From a virus, in IMG/VR virus record IMGVR_UViG_3300005748_000026, positions 2,808 to 66,807 of that record: a stretch of DNA of 64,000 nt, one strand, 5' to 3'. Below the pieces are notes generated by a model that searched no databases, was not told where the DNA came from, and saw nothing but the letters and a program-made list of their open reading frames with translations. The position numbers and the translations under genes were made by a program. Below, piece after piece: positions 30,483-38,275 of the stretch (positions are counted from its first letter, which is position 1; the number at the start of each line of letters is the position of its first letter).

Positions 30483-30754
30483 TTTTCAATTTTCTTTGTT
30501 TTGCTCAACCCGTTGGTATTATTAGGATGTAGCACTATTCAGTTAATTCTTAGCGTTATTTATATTGATTCTTAATAGTTTTATTCGGTATTTAGCACCG
30601 TCAAACGATAACAACCAACGCGTTATCAACTGACCAGATGCTTGACAACCTGTGATTCAAGCCCACGTGTGAGCCACGTATAAAGCTCTGGAAGTTGAAG
30701 TCCCAGTAAGTCGCACTTCGCACAGTCCTGCAAAAGACATAGCAGTTAGGTGAA

Positions 30755-30818
30755 TGTTTATTAATGCAGCCGCAATAATGCGATAGTTACAAGCCTATTA
30801 AATGCAGAGTAGTAAACA
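30755..30818 (+). ncRNA. twister ribozyme (type P1)
   Basis: P1 TGTTTAT/GTAAACA, TAA, P2 TGCA/TGCA, GC, P3 CGCA/TGCG, P4 ATAG/CTAT with loop TTACAAGC, then GAGT (T1 pseudoknot AC/GT). Confidence 0.85.
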
Positions 30819-30848
30819 ATTTTATTATTAACCTATAAATTTAAAACA

Positions 30849-31094
30849 ATGGACATCGTAAATTTAAACAACGGTATTGATGGAAATCCTAGAAAAGCTA
30901 TTCACTTTTTAGAATTTACAAAGGAAATAGGCGAAGACTTTACAACAGCTTTAAACAGAGCTAAACAATTTCAAAGCACTGCAAAAGCTTACAGGGGCAA
31001 AAAATATGGAGGCATGATTGTATTTACAGACCTTTGGATGAGCAAAAGTCAAATTGAAGAGGCTATTAATGGATTTATGAGTAACTGTGAATAA
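30849..31094 (+). CDS. early-region hypothetical protein
   Basis: 81 aa, A-rich leader. Confidence 0.7.
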   Translation: MDIVNLNNGIDGNPRKAIHFLEFTKEIGEDFTTALNRAKQFQSTAKAYRGKKYGGMIVFTDLWMSKSQIEEAINGFMSNCE

Positions 31095-31117
31095 CAAGGT
31101 GTGGCATCTTGCCAAAA

Positions 31118-31171
31118 GTAATACTGAAGAGGCTTCACTAGCCGAAACCTAGCTTTTGCTAGGTCTATTAC
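31118..31171 (+). ncRNA. hammerhead ribozyme type I (HH1)
   Basis: GTAATA-CTGAAGA-GGCT(TCACT)AGCC-GAAA-CCTAGC(TTTT)GCTAGG-TC-TATTAC. Confidence 0.92.
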
Positions 31172-31192
31172 AAACTTAAAAACTAAAGCAAA

Positions 31193-31348
31193 ATGGACGA
31201 AATTAAAGAAAGATTTGAAATATTCGAGGAAATAGAAAGAGACCAATATTCTACTGTTTTTGAAGCATATGACAAAATTAAAAAATGCTATTGCTATTTA
31301 GAATTACCAAACATAAAAACAAGCTGGCAATTTGATGTTACATATTAA
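31193..31348 (+). CDS. small hypothetical protein (51 aa)
   Basis: translated by hand, MDEIKERFEIF...; A-rich leader after HH1. Confidence 0.6.
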   Translation: MDEIKERFEIFEEIERDQYSTVFEAYDKIKKCYCYLELPNIKTSWQFDVTY

Positions 31349-31383
31349 CTATTTACCTATAAATTTTAAAAAAACTAAACAAT

Positions 31384-31617
31384 ATGAAAACAACTGAACC
31401 AATTTACAACGGATACAGCATAAGACAGATACTAAACAACTTTCCTGAAACCTTTAGCAGTGCCGAAAAAAGGTTTTATATAAAAAACTGCATCGAAGTT
31501 AACCGGATTGAAAAAAGCGGGCTAAACAGGCACTTATTGGAGGGATTAAGGAATTTTAATTTTGCAATGATTAGAAGACACTACGAAATGAACAAAAGTA
31601 ATACTGATGAGGATTAA
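31384..31617 (+). CDS. hypothetical protein
   Basis: 77 aa; the 3' end overlaps HH2. Confidence 0.6.
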   Translation: MKTTEPIYNGYSIRQILNNFPETFSSAEKRFYIKNCIEVNRIEKSGLNRHLLEGLRNFNFAMIRRHYEMNKSNTDED

Positions 31618-31652
31618 ATATCCGAAACTGGGCGCAATGCTCAGTCTATTAC
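31598..31652 (+). ncRNA. hammerhead ribozyme type I (HH2)
   Basis: GTAATA-CTGATGA-GGAT(TAAAT)ATCC-GAAA-CTGGGC(GCAAT)GCTCAG-TC-TATTAC. Confidence 0.92.
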
Positions 31653-31671
31653 AATTTAAAACTTAAACAAC

Positions 31672-31905
31672 ATGGAATTTACAATCGAACTTGGTGCAAA
31701 CGAAAAAGTCTTTTTAATAACTACTAGCACAGGCAAAAGCCAATTTTGCAACTTACTAGATATACCTTACATGATTGAGAAATTAGGAACAACGGAAGGT
31801 TATTACAAGGTATTTCATTTCTGGAACAACAAAATGAGAGTAGCAAGTGTAAAATACATTAATGAAATGCTTAAAGCTGCTGGAGTTAATGAAGTAATTT
31901 ATTAA
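31672..31905 (+). CDS. hypothetical protein
   Basis: 77 aa, A-rich leader. Confidence 0.65.
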   Translation: MEFTIELGANEKVFLITTSTGKSQFCNLLDIPYMIEKLGTTEGYYKVFHFWNNKMRVASVKYINEMLKAAGVNEVIY

Positions 31906-31945
31906 TCTGGTGGGGTGTGTTGCCTCACCAAAAAAACTAAACAAT

Positions 31946-32146
31946 ATGAAAACTTTAGCAAAAATACACAAAGAAGAAATTACAAAAATGATTAAAGATA
32001 ACGAGCCTGTAAGATGCTTCAAAGCATATTGCAAAGGAGCTGGATTTGACACAGATAGTTACTCTAGTCCAATCCATATTTCAGAAGACGGGAAATTAAC
32101 AATGAGATATAGAACTATTAACACCTACCACTATATTAGATTGTAG
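31946..32146 (+). CDS. hypothetical protein
   Basis: ATG at 31946 after an A-rich leader. Confidence 0.6.
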   Translation: MKTLAKIHKEEITKMIKDNEPVRCFKAYCKGAGFDTDSYSSPIHISEDGKLTMRYRTINTYHYIRL

Positions 32147-32198
32147 TGGTTTTATAAGTACAAGAAACAATGAAAGACTTAATAAATAACATAAAACG

Positions 32199-32516
32199 AT
32201 GACAACAGCAGAATTAAATACAAAGATAGAAGAAGGAACTAAAAAACATGGTAGCAAAAATGCTTATTTATGTTCGATTGAATATCAAATGGCATATAGA
32301 AAATGGCAAAGAGCAGATAATAGCAATACCGTAAAAAAAGAAGTTAAGGAAGTAGAGATATTGAAACGTGAAGATGGATATGTTGTAAGTTTTGGCAACA
32401 ATAGGTATTTAGCGCATACTGGAACTGGTTTTGGTATGCTTGCTGGAATGAGTATTTTTAAAACATATATACAAGCTAAAAAAGTATGTAACGATTTAAA
32501 TTATAAAGTAAAATAA
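32199..32516 (+). CDS. hypothetical protein
   Basis: 105 aa. Confidence 0.65.
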   Translation: MTTAELNTKIEEGTKKHGSKNAYLCSIEYQMAYRKWQRADNSNTVKKEVKEVEILKREDGYVVSFGNNRYLAHTGTGFGMLAGMSIFKTYIQAKKVCNDLNYKVK

Positions 32517-32556
32517 TAAGGTGGGGCATATTGCCTCATCAAAAAATCAAAACAAC

Positions 32557-32706
32557 ATGAAACGAATCTACAAAATGACCTTAGAGCAAATCTATTTAGA
32601 GTACGTAAACAATTATTTAACAGTAGCTAAAATGGCTGAACATTACGGGATAGATGAAAGCCTATTAAATAGCTTAATAAATGAAGTTAGACCATCTAAA
32701 AACTAA
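32557..32706 (+). CDS. small HTH-like protein
   Basis: YLEYVNNYLTVAKMAEHYGI. Confidence 0.55.
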   Translation: MKRIYKMTLEQIYLEYVNNYLTVAKMAEHYGIDESLLNSLINEVRPSKN

Positions 32707-32711
32707 ACAAC

Positions 32712-32936
32712 ATGAACAAAGAAAAATTAAACCTACTCCCAAACAAATGCACTCTGGAAGAATTAAGCGAAGCTATTAAAAAGCTAAAGCAAGTTGAAGC
32801 AATCATAAATACATTTGACGAAAATGAGCCGATGTACTCAGAATGTATAAGAATTGATAACGAACTGAGCGTATTAGGTTTCTCAATAGAATATGGATTA
32901 TGTGGAACAATAACGGATTTAATAAAGATAGCATGA
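32712..32936 (+). CDS. hypothetical protein
   Basis: 74 aa. Confidence 0.6.
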   Translation: MNKEKLNLLPNKCTLEELSEAIKKLKQVEAIINTFDENEPMYSECIRIDNELSVLGFSIEYGLCGTITDLIKIA

Positions 32937-33088
32937 AAAATTTAAAAAGAATACTAGCGGCAATATGCGCTATAATAGCAATACTTTGTTTAGTCTTCCT
33001 TATGGATGCGGATAATGACAAAGAGACAATAACTGGAGTAATCCTATTTAATGTATATACTCTAATGGGGTATTTTTTAATCAAATAA
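32933..33088 (+). CDS. small membrane protein (two TM segments)
   Basis: two hydrophobic segments; 4-bp overlap with the previous ORF. Confidence 0.55.
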   Translation: MKNLKRILAAICAIIAILCLVFLMDADNDKETITGVILFNVYTLMGYFLIK

Positions 33089-33130
33089 GGTGTGGCATCT
33101 TGCCCACCTCCACCCAATGAACAGGTGTTA

Positions 33131-33172
33131 CCCGAAATAATAAGTGTTGGAAGTTCGATTCTTCCCTTTGGG
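33131..33172 (+). ncRNA. tRNA-like minihelix (acceptor-like stem + T-arm)
   Basis: CCCGAAA...GGAAG-TTCGATT-CTTCC-CTTTGGG; no D or anticodon arm. Confidence 0.5.
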
Positions 33173-33196
33173 GCTAACTTAAAAACAAACAACAAA

Positions 33197-33511
33197 ATGA
33201 ACTTACTTAAACAACTTGAAATGGCAAACATTAAAAGTAAAATAGACTTAAATAGTTTGTCAATAGAGGAATTAAACAAGGTTATTGCTGATGCAAATAG
33301 GCTTTTAAGGCTCAAAGAATATGAATCGAGAGTGCAAAGGAAAGAAGCAGCGAAAACCAACCTAAAAATAGGTGACATTGTTACCGTATCAAGCAAAAGG
33401 TTTGATGGTGAAATATGGGAGGTGTTAAAGCTAAATCCTAAGAAAGTAAAATGCAAAAGAGAAAATGGTGAGGTGTGGCATATACCTTATTCAAACATAA
33501 TAATCAACTAA
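33197..33511 (+). CDS. hypothetical protein with SH3/KOW-like C-terminus
   Basis: LKIGDIVTV...VLKLNPKKVKC...W.IPYS. Confidence 0.6.
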   Translation: MNLLKQLEMANIKSKIDLNSLSIEELNKVIADANRLLRLKEYESRVQRKEAAKTNLKIGDIVTVSSKRFDGEIWEVLKLNPKKVKCKRENGEVWHIPYSNIIIN

Positions 33512-33537
33512 CGGCAACACGCCACAACAAACAAGAC

Positions 33538-33732
33538 ATGAAAGTGAGAGAAATATTTGAAGAGAAAATTAAGATTGAGAAGATTGAGAAAGGTATTGGA
33601 GGGTTGGTGGAAATAACAGCCAACACACCATACCAGAGCATTAATATATCATGCTCAAAATCCTACTTAAACTTACTTACAAAAGAATTTTTAGGTAAAA
33701 AGGTGAATGATTTGAAAATATACAAAGGGTAA
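33538..33732 (+). CDS. hypothetical protein
   Basis: its TAA stop forms the first TAAC of array B. Confidence 0.55.
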   Translation: MKVREIFEEKIKIEKIEKGIGGLVEITANTPYQSINISCSKSYLNLLTKEFLGKKVNDLKIYKG

Positions 33733-33842
33733 CGAAAACATATAAGATACGTTGCCTTTTTCGGCAATGGATTTTATACAGTGTTAGCAGTATGTATTTT
33801 TAAACTTTTTGAGCGTAGGATTTAATAACAAAAAAATATAAA

Positions 33843-34250
33843 ATGAAAGTATTTGTAGCAGAAATAAGAGAAAAAGGAAACTACTCGCCAACCGATTACC
33901 ATTGGTGTGATGACAATGATTTGCTTATGTTCGGGCAGTTTCAGTTAGGAAATGGAAACCCGTCAGAAGTAGCGATGTGTGGTATTCAAAGCAGGAAGTT
34001 TACAACCCATATTTTGGTAAAGGACTTAAAAATTGATAAAGACTTTTATCGTGAGTTAATTACTGAAAGTGTAGAAAAAGCAATGGGTTGTACTATTGAC
34101 AGAAATGGTGATTATGAAATTGAGATGGGTTTCTCGCATCATTTTAACATCTACGATATTATGAATGAATTACTTGAAAAAGCAAATCATTTTGAAGATG
34201 GTGAAAAAGTGAAATGCTTTGGTAGAACGCTGAGTGCGGTGGCAGTTTAA
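33843..34250 (+). CDS. cassette B1 hypothetical protein
   Basis: 135 aa, fills the cassette body. Confidence 0.75.
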   Translation: MKVFVAEIREKGNYSPTDYHWCDDNDLLMFGQFQLGNGNPSEVAMCGIQSRKFTTHILVKDLKIDKDFYRELITESVEKAMGCTIDRNGDYEIEMGFSHHFNIYDIMNELLEKANHFEDGEKVKCFGRTLSAVAV

Positions 34251-34383
34251 AAATATTACTGCTAACGATTTGTATATGGTGTGTAGCCGAAGCACCAAAA
34301 TTATTCGGTTAAAAACAAAACATTAATAGGCTATACATTATATACTTTGTTATATTTTAGTGCGGTTAATTAAAAACAGAATT

Positions 34384-34611
34384 ATGAAAAATATAGAGAT
34401 TAAACCAAGAGAAAATGAGAGCAGAAAAGATTATTTAATTAGAGTAGCTGTTGCTTATTTAAAAGAAGTTGACCATACGGGGCAGTTTCAAACAAACTAC
34501 CCTGACACAATTAAATATGATGATGCAGATTGTGATGGGTGTTGTTTAGCTGATGACTTAGAAAATGAGTTTTCTCATATAGAATTTGATGACTTAACAG
34601 GCGAGTGGTAG
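34384..34611 (+). CDS. cassette B2 hypothetical protein
   Basis: YDDADCDGCCLADD motif. Confidence 0.7.
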   Translation: MKNIEIKPRENESRKDYLIRVAVAYLKEVDHTGQFQTNYPDTIKYDDADCDGCCLADDLENEFSHIEFDDLTGEW

Positions 34612-34679
34612 CATTAAATATAACGATTTGTATATGGTTAGTATTACCATTGAATTATAAACGAATTAAATAAATAAAG

Positions 34680-34901
34680 ATGAAAAATATATTAAAAACA
34701 GAAGATTTTAAAGAAGAAGGAATATTAACTATATACGGTGTTATGGGTATGTTGCCTGATGCCGAAAAAGTTGATGAATTGGCTGAAAAATGGTGTGATG
34801 AAAATGCGGAATCTTGGAATGCACAAAACTCTGCTTACATAGCTGGTATGACTGATTTAATTGAAGCAATAAAAGAACTTGGCAAACTAAACAGGTACTA
34901 A
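34680..34901 (+). CDS. cassette B3 hypothetical protein (starts in hairpin loop)
   Basis: ORF reads through the GTT at 34740. Confidence 0.65.
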   Translation: MKNILKTEDFKEEGILTIYGVMGMLPDAEKVDELAEKWCDENAESWNAQNSAYIAGMTDLIEAIKELGKLNRY

Positions 34902-34984
34902 GGCAATTACCCATAACGTATATGGTATGGTGACGTTGCGACCTTATAGCACGAACTTAATTAATAATTACAAAACTTTGAATT

Positions 34985-35281
34985 ATGAATACAGATAGAA
35001 AAAAAACAGAAACCAAGCAATGCACTATACCAAGTGTTAGCGGTAGTTTTATTTTTGATAAGAACTTAATTGAAAGAGCAATGACTGCTGACAAGCCTTA
35101 TTATGCGATAGGTGTTGATACTTATGACAAAAGTAATCTTGCTTATTGCCTTACCCGAAAAATAGATGGTGTGATTGAGGTATTACTATCTAAAACAATG
35201 AGAGACGAAACTGAATTTAAGCAAGATGTTGAAACACTCGCAAAGTGCTTTGAAGCAGATGTATTTACAAGTGGTGACTAA
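34985..35281 (+). CDS. cassette B4 hypothetical protein (starts in hairpin loop)
   Basis: ORF reads through the GTT at 35036 (QCTIPSVSGS). Confidence 0.7.
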   Translation: MNTDRKKTETKQCTIPSVSGSFIFDKNLIERAMTADKPYYAIGVDTYDKSNLAYCLTRKIDGVIEVLLSKTMRDETEFKQDVETLAKCFEADVFTSGD

Positions 35282-35392
35282 ATTACCGCTAACGGTTTGG
35301 CTAAGAAGCGTAGCCACGTAATCACGCTTCATTAAAAGACAAAAAAGTCGCATATCTATGCTTATTAGCTGTTGTTGTGCGCAGTACGGATT

Positions 35393-35587
35393 ATGATGAC
35401 GATAAAAGATTTAAAGAAAAAAATCGCAAACTACCACGATGATATGCCTATTGTAATAGTTCCCGAAAATGATGACAGAGATGAATCACAGGTAGTAATG
35501 ACAAACGAAATGTGGGATAGGTTAAGAACTAAAAAAGCTAACGGAGTATCAAAAAGTGTTGCGATTTTATGCGTGCCGTTCGGGTAG
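35393..35587 (+). CDS. cassette B5 hypothetical protein
   Basis: MTIKDLKKKIANYHDDMPIV, a common small phage-protein start. Confidence 0.65.
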   Translation: MMTIKDLKKKIANYHDDMPIVIVPENDDRDESQVVMTNEMWDRLRTKKANGVSKSVAILCVPFG

Positions 35588-35646
35588 TATTGCGCACAAC
35601 GGTTTAGCTATGCACCGTAAAGCATAGCGTATGGTGTATAGGTGTT

Positions 35647-35848
35647 GTTGTGTGTATGTTAAAATGCGGTAATGGTTGTAAGTTGGTTCGATTCTAACTA
35701 CCGCAACGAGAGAGGTTCGAATCCTCAAACCCTTGTAGTCAGCAGGTGTCGAGTACTGCATTAGCCGAAACAGGTAGTTAGGTTGTAAATGGAGCATGGC
35801 TTTGCAAGGTGACGGCTCGGAAAGACGAGCATTTTTATTACACACAAC
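35647..35848 (+). ncRNA. cassette B6: non-coding structured RNA with tRNA-like T-arms
   Basis: TGCGGTA..GTTGG-TTCGATT-CTAAC-TACCGCA; GAGG-TTCGAAT-CCTC; GCTCG-GAAAGA-CGAGC; no credible sense ORF. Confidence 0.6.
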
Positions 35849-35896
35849 GGAATCGGCTATGCTTAGTGCGAATATTAACGATAAAATTTAATTGAA

Positions 35897-36187
35897 ATGG
35901 AAGATGTAAAACTAACGAAAGAACAAGAGATACTATTTGAGGTATATGATAAAGGTGTGCAAAATGAAGATTGCGACCTAGATGCTTATATTGAAAAGAT
36001 GAAGCAAGCATTAAGTATAGCCAATGTTACCTGCCGTTTTTTATTTATTTACGTAGATGGTGACTACAAGCTAATACAATATGTGGAAGCTAAAAACCAA
36101 GAAGAAGCTGAAAGTAAAATGGAAGAGGGTTGGGCTAGGATTGTTGAACTAGAAGAAGACATGCAAGTTGTTTATAATGGTAGGTAA
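35897..36187 (+). CDS. cassette B7 hypothetical protein (starts in hairpin loop)
   Basis: reads through the GTT at 36026; its stop is the TAA of the terminal TAAC. Confidence 0.7.
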   Translation: MEDVKLTKEQEILFEVYDKGVQNEDCDLDAYIEKMKQALSIANVTCRFLFIYVDGDYKLIQYVEAKNQEEAESKMEEGWARIVELEEDMQVVYNGR

Positions 36188-36229
36188 CTAACATATATAT
36201 TACACCTACTATAACTAATTGATAATCAA
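36186..36229 (+). other. attI-like site, copy 1
   Basis: AACTAACATATATATTACACCTACTATAACTAATTGATAATCAA, between array B and the integrase; exact inverted copy at 40003-40046. Confidence 0.8.
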
Positions 36230-36240
36230 AAAGAAACGGC

Positions 36241-37065
36241 ATGGATATTCCCAACTTAACCGAAAGACTTAGGAGAGAATTAGAGTTTGCTAACTATAGT
36301 AATTCTACAATTAATCAATATGAGTCATGTTTAAAACAATTCATCAATTACTTTAACTCCAAGTATAATGAGCCTAAGAAGATACCTACATCAGCTATCA
36401 AAGAATATGTAACAAGTCTACACGGAATAGCTAAAAAGAAACAGGCTATAGGATGTTTGAAGCTATTCTATAAACACGTTTGTAAACAACCGAAAAAACT
36501 ATCTGGTGTGGCGTATCCGAAAGGAGAGTCAAAGAAAGCAATCATCCTAAGTGATAGTGAACTTCGAGCATTGTTTGGAGCTTGCACTAACCTTAAACAT
36601 AGAACTATTATGGAGGTCATGTATGGTACTGGTGTACGTGTATCAGAACTTCTCAACATCAAACTATCAGATATTGACAGAGCTAATGGAGTTATTCACA
36701 TACATGATGGTAAAGGGTGTAAGCAAAGGCACGTAACATTGTCTTCTAAACTTCTTAGTAGTATTACTAGGTATTGGAGAGCGTATAGGAGTGAGGTTTA
36801 TTTATTTGAAGGTGTGGCGTGTAGAAAATACTCAGCATCAAGCATTAACCAATTCTTAAAGAAGTACGCTGCCAAAGCAGGTGTTAAGAAGCGTATCTAC
36901 GCTCATTTACTACGCCACAACTACACAACTTCTTCTTTAAAAAATGGTGAGAACTTATACATTACCCAAAAATGCTTAGGGCATAAAAGTCCATCTACAA
37001 CTTCTAACTACTATTACCATATAAGCCCTGAGATAGTCTCTGGTGCTTTTCAACCAACAATCTAA
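36241..37065 (+). CDS. IntI-like tyrosine recombinase (N-terminal SAM-like domain + catalytic domain)
   Basis: NYS.STI.QY N-terminus; GTGVRVSE (R), GKG (K), HLLRH, LGH and STTSNYY (Y). Confidence 0.92.
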   Translation: MDIPNLTERLRRELEFANYSNSTINQYESCLKQFINYFNSKYNEPKKIPTSAIKEYVTSLHGIAKKKQAIGCLKLFYKHVCKQPKKLSGVAYPKGESKKAIILSDSELRALFGACTNLKHRTIMEVMYGTGVRVSELLNIKLSDIDRANGVIHIHDGKGCKQRHVTLSSKLLSSITRYWRAYRSEVYLFEGVACRKYSASSINQFLKKYAAKAGVKKRIYAHLLRHNYTTSSLKNGENLYITQKCLGHKSPSTTSNYYYHISPEIVSGAFQPTI

Positions 37066-37070
37066 AAATT

Positions 37071-37172
37071 ATGGCATCAATTATAGGAACAACATTCGCT
37101 TTAATGGCTTTTTGCTTTATCTTAATAACTATTGGTGTGGTGTGTTTCACACTATTAGACCGAGATGAATAG
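37071..37172 (+). CDS. small membrane peptide (33 aa)
   Basis: MASIIGTTFALMAFCFILITIGVVCFTLLDRDE. Confidence 0.45.
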   Translation: MASIIGTTFALMAFCFILITIGVVCFTLLDRDE

Positions 37173-37194
37173 TATATTTGTAAAAACAATTATC

Positions 37195-37407
37195 ATGGAA
37201 AGAAAAGATTACACAGGAGGAAAGAACTTCTTCCAATGGGTTTTAGCCCAAAAGAAATTAGCAGCAGGTGGAGTAATTATACTTCCTTTACTAGCATTAG
37301 TAATGGGATTCCCACTAGAAGCTCTTATCCTAAGTTCAATGACCATCATAACATTTGTTATGCTAGTGTCTCAGTATCGAAAACTTAAAAGAGGATTTAG
37401 AGAATGA
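37195..37407 (+). CDS. small membrane protein
   Basis: two hydrophobic segments; TATATTTG promoter at 37173. Confidence 0.6.
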   Translation: MERKDYTGGKNFFQWVLAQKKLAAGGVIILPLLALVMGFPLEALILSSMTIITFVMLVSQYRKLKRGFRE

Positions 37408-37913
37408 GATATACTATTAGAAAGGGGAGGAACTATTCTTCCCCTATTTTAGCTAAGATTAGAGGTTTTTTTGGTGTGGCATCTTGGAATGTATCATTCA
37501 AAATACCTACTAACTTCAATGTAGCTCAAGAAGATGCTATAAGTAAATTATGGGGAGTTTCCTTAAATGGATACCACCACAAAAACTCTTATAGAATAGG
37601 CATAAGACCTTATTCATCTAACTTAGCTCAACTATACCACTATTCATATCAAAATGGAGAAAGAATATACAAGCCATTTGGAGTTGTTCTTCTTGGTAAA
37701 AAGTATAAGATGAATGTATCCATTAAAAATGGTATGGTAACTATTAAAACTATCGAAGGTAACATTGACCCGATACCAGAGGGAGGTTCTAAATTCCCAA
37801 TCAAAGTGGATAGGATTAAATATGGATATTACCTATATCCTTATCATGGTGGTGAGGACAAAGCAAAAGAAACTATGAAATTTGATTTGAAAATATGCTC
37901 TATCAGAAAGTAA
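37404..37913 (+). CDS. hypothetical protein (possible beta-sandwich fold)
   Basis: 169 aa, aromatic and beta-rich, YLYPYHGG. Confidence 0.55.
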   Translation: MRYTIRKGRNYSSPILAKIRGFFGVASWNVSFKIPTNFNVAQEDAISKLWGVSLNGYHHKNSYRIGIRPYSSNLAQLYHYSYQNGERIYKPFGVVLLGKKYKMNVSIKNGMVTIKTIEGNIDPIPEGGSKFPIKVDRIKYGYYLYPYHGGEDKAKETMKFDLKICSIRK

Positions 37914-38275
37914 AGAAAATAATAGAGTCTTCAAAAGAGGACAATATAAAAGACCACAAAGAAAAGAATCTAGTAAACAAATATGTTTTTGTCTCTTACT
38001 TTGATACGGTAATTTTTGATTTTGTTACTGTTACAATATCTAAAGGGAATACTTATAAAACTGAGGTGGAAATATATTGTCCTAAAACTAATTTTAAAAC
38101 AAGAGGTGTGGCAGACTGCATGATTATGAGGCAATCTGTTCACACCGCTTTTGAATATGCAGGAGTCAAGTTCCTTAGACCTGTATTAGCAAGTCAAAAA
38201 GGAATTGAAGATGCTGTAGCTGCTATTGCTAAAAAACTAAAGCACACAAAACTCCACACCGTAAAGTTACTCTAG
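37895..38275 (+). CDS. hypothetical protein
   Basis: 126 aa; last plus-strand gene before the convergence point. Confidence 0.6.
   Translation: MLYQKVKKIIESSKEDNIKDHKEKNLVNKYVFVSYFDTVIFDFVTVTISKGNTYKTEVEIYCPKTNFKTRGVADCMIMRQSVHTAFEYAGVKFLRPVLASQKGIEDAVAAIAKKLKHTKLHTVKLL

Larger units (their letters stand above)
29000..30600. other. large non-coding control region (candidate origin or genome-end region)
   Basis: about 1.6 kb without credible ORFs; an A/C-rich left part switches to G-rich then G/T-rich near 29400. Confidence 0.55.
33731..36188 (+). mobile_element. integron-like cassette array B (7 cassettes), adjacent to the integrase
   Basis: Inverted-repeat pairs: GTTAGCAGTA 33783/34266; GTTATATTT 34349/34624; GTTATGGGTA 34740/34917; GTTAGCGGTA 35036/35293; GTTGTGCGCA 35374/35600; GTTGTGTGTA 35647/35848; GTTACCT 36026/36188. 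attC-like hairpins lie between them. Confidence 0.92.

Noticed and set aside
32803-33456. 217-aa minus-strand ORF and similar antisense ORFs over structural genes
   Set aside because: These are shadow frames opposite well-supported genes.
33127-33733. An extra cassette bounded by GTTACCC (33127) and GGGTAAC (33733)
   Set aside because: Only a 7-bp match with no attC-like arm upstream of 33127; probably chance.
33731-36188. CRISPR array or simple repeat explanation for the recurring TAACG...GTT motifs
   Set aside because: There are no identical direct repeats or uniform spacers; the units are gene-sized and each carries its own inverted repeat.
36241-37065. Integrase as an ordinary prophage integrase marking a prophage edge
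   Set aside because: Phage genes continue on both sides with no host DNA, and the gene directly abuts the cassette array and attI-like site. A second role in lysogeny is not excluded.
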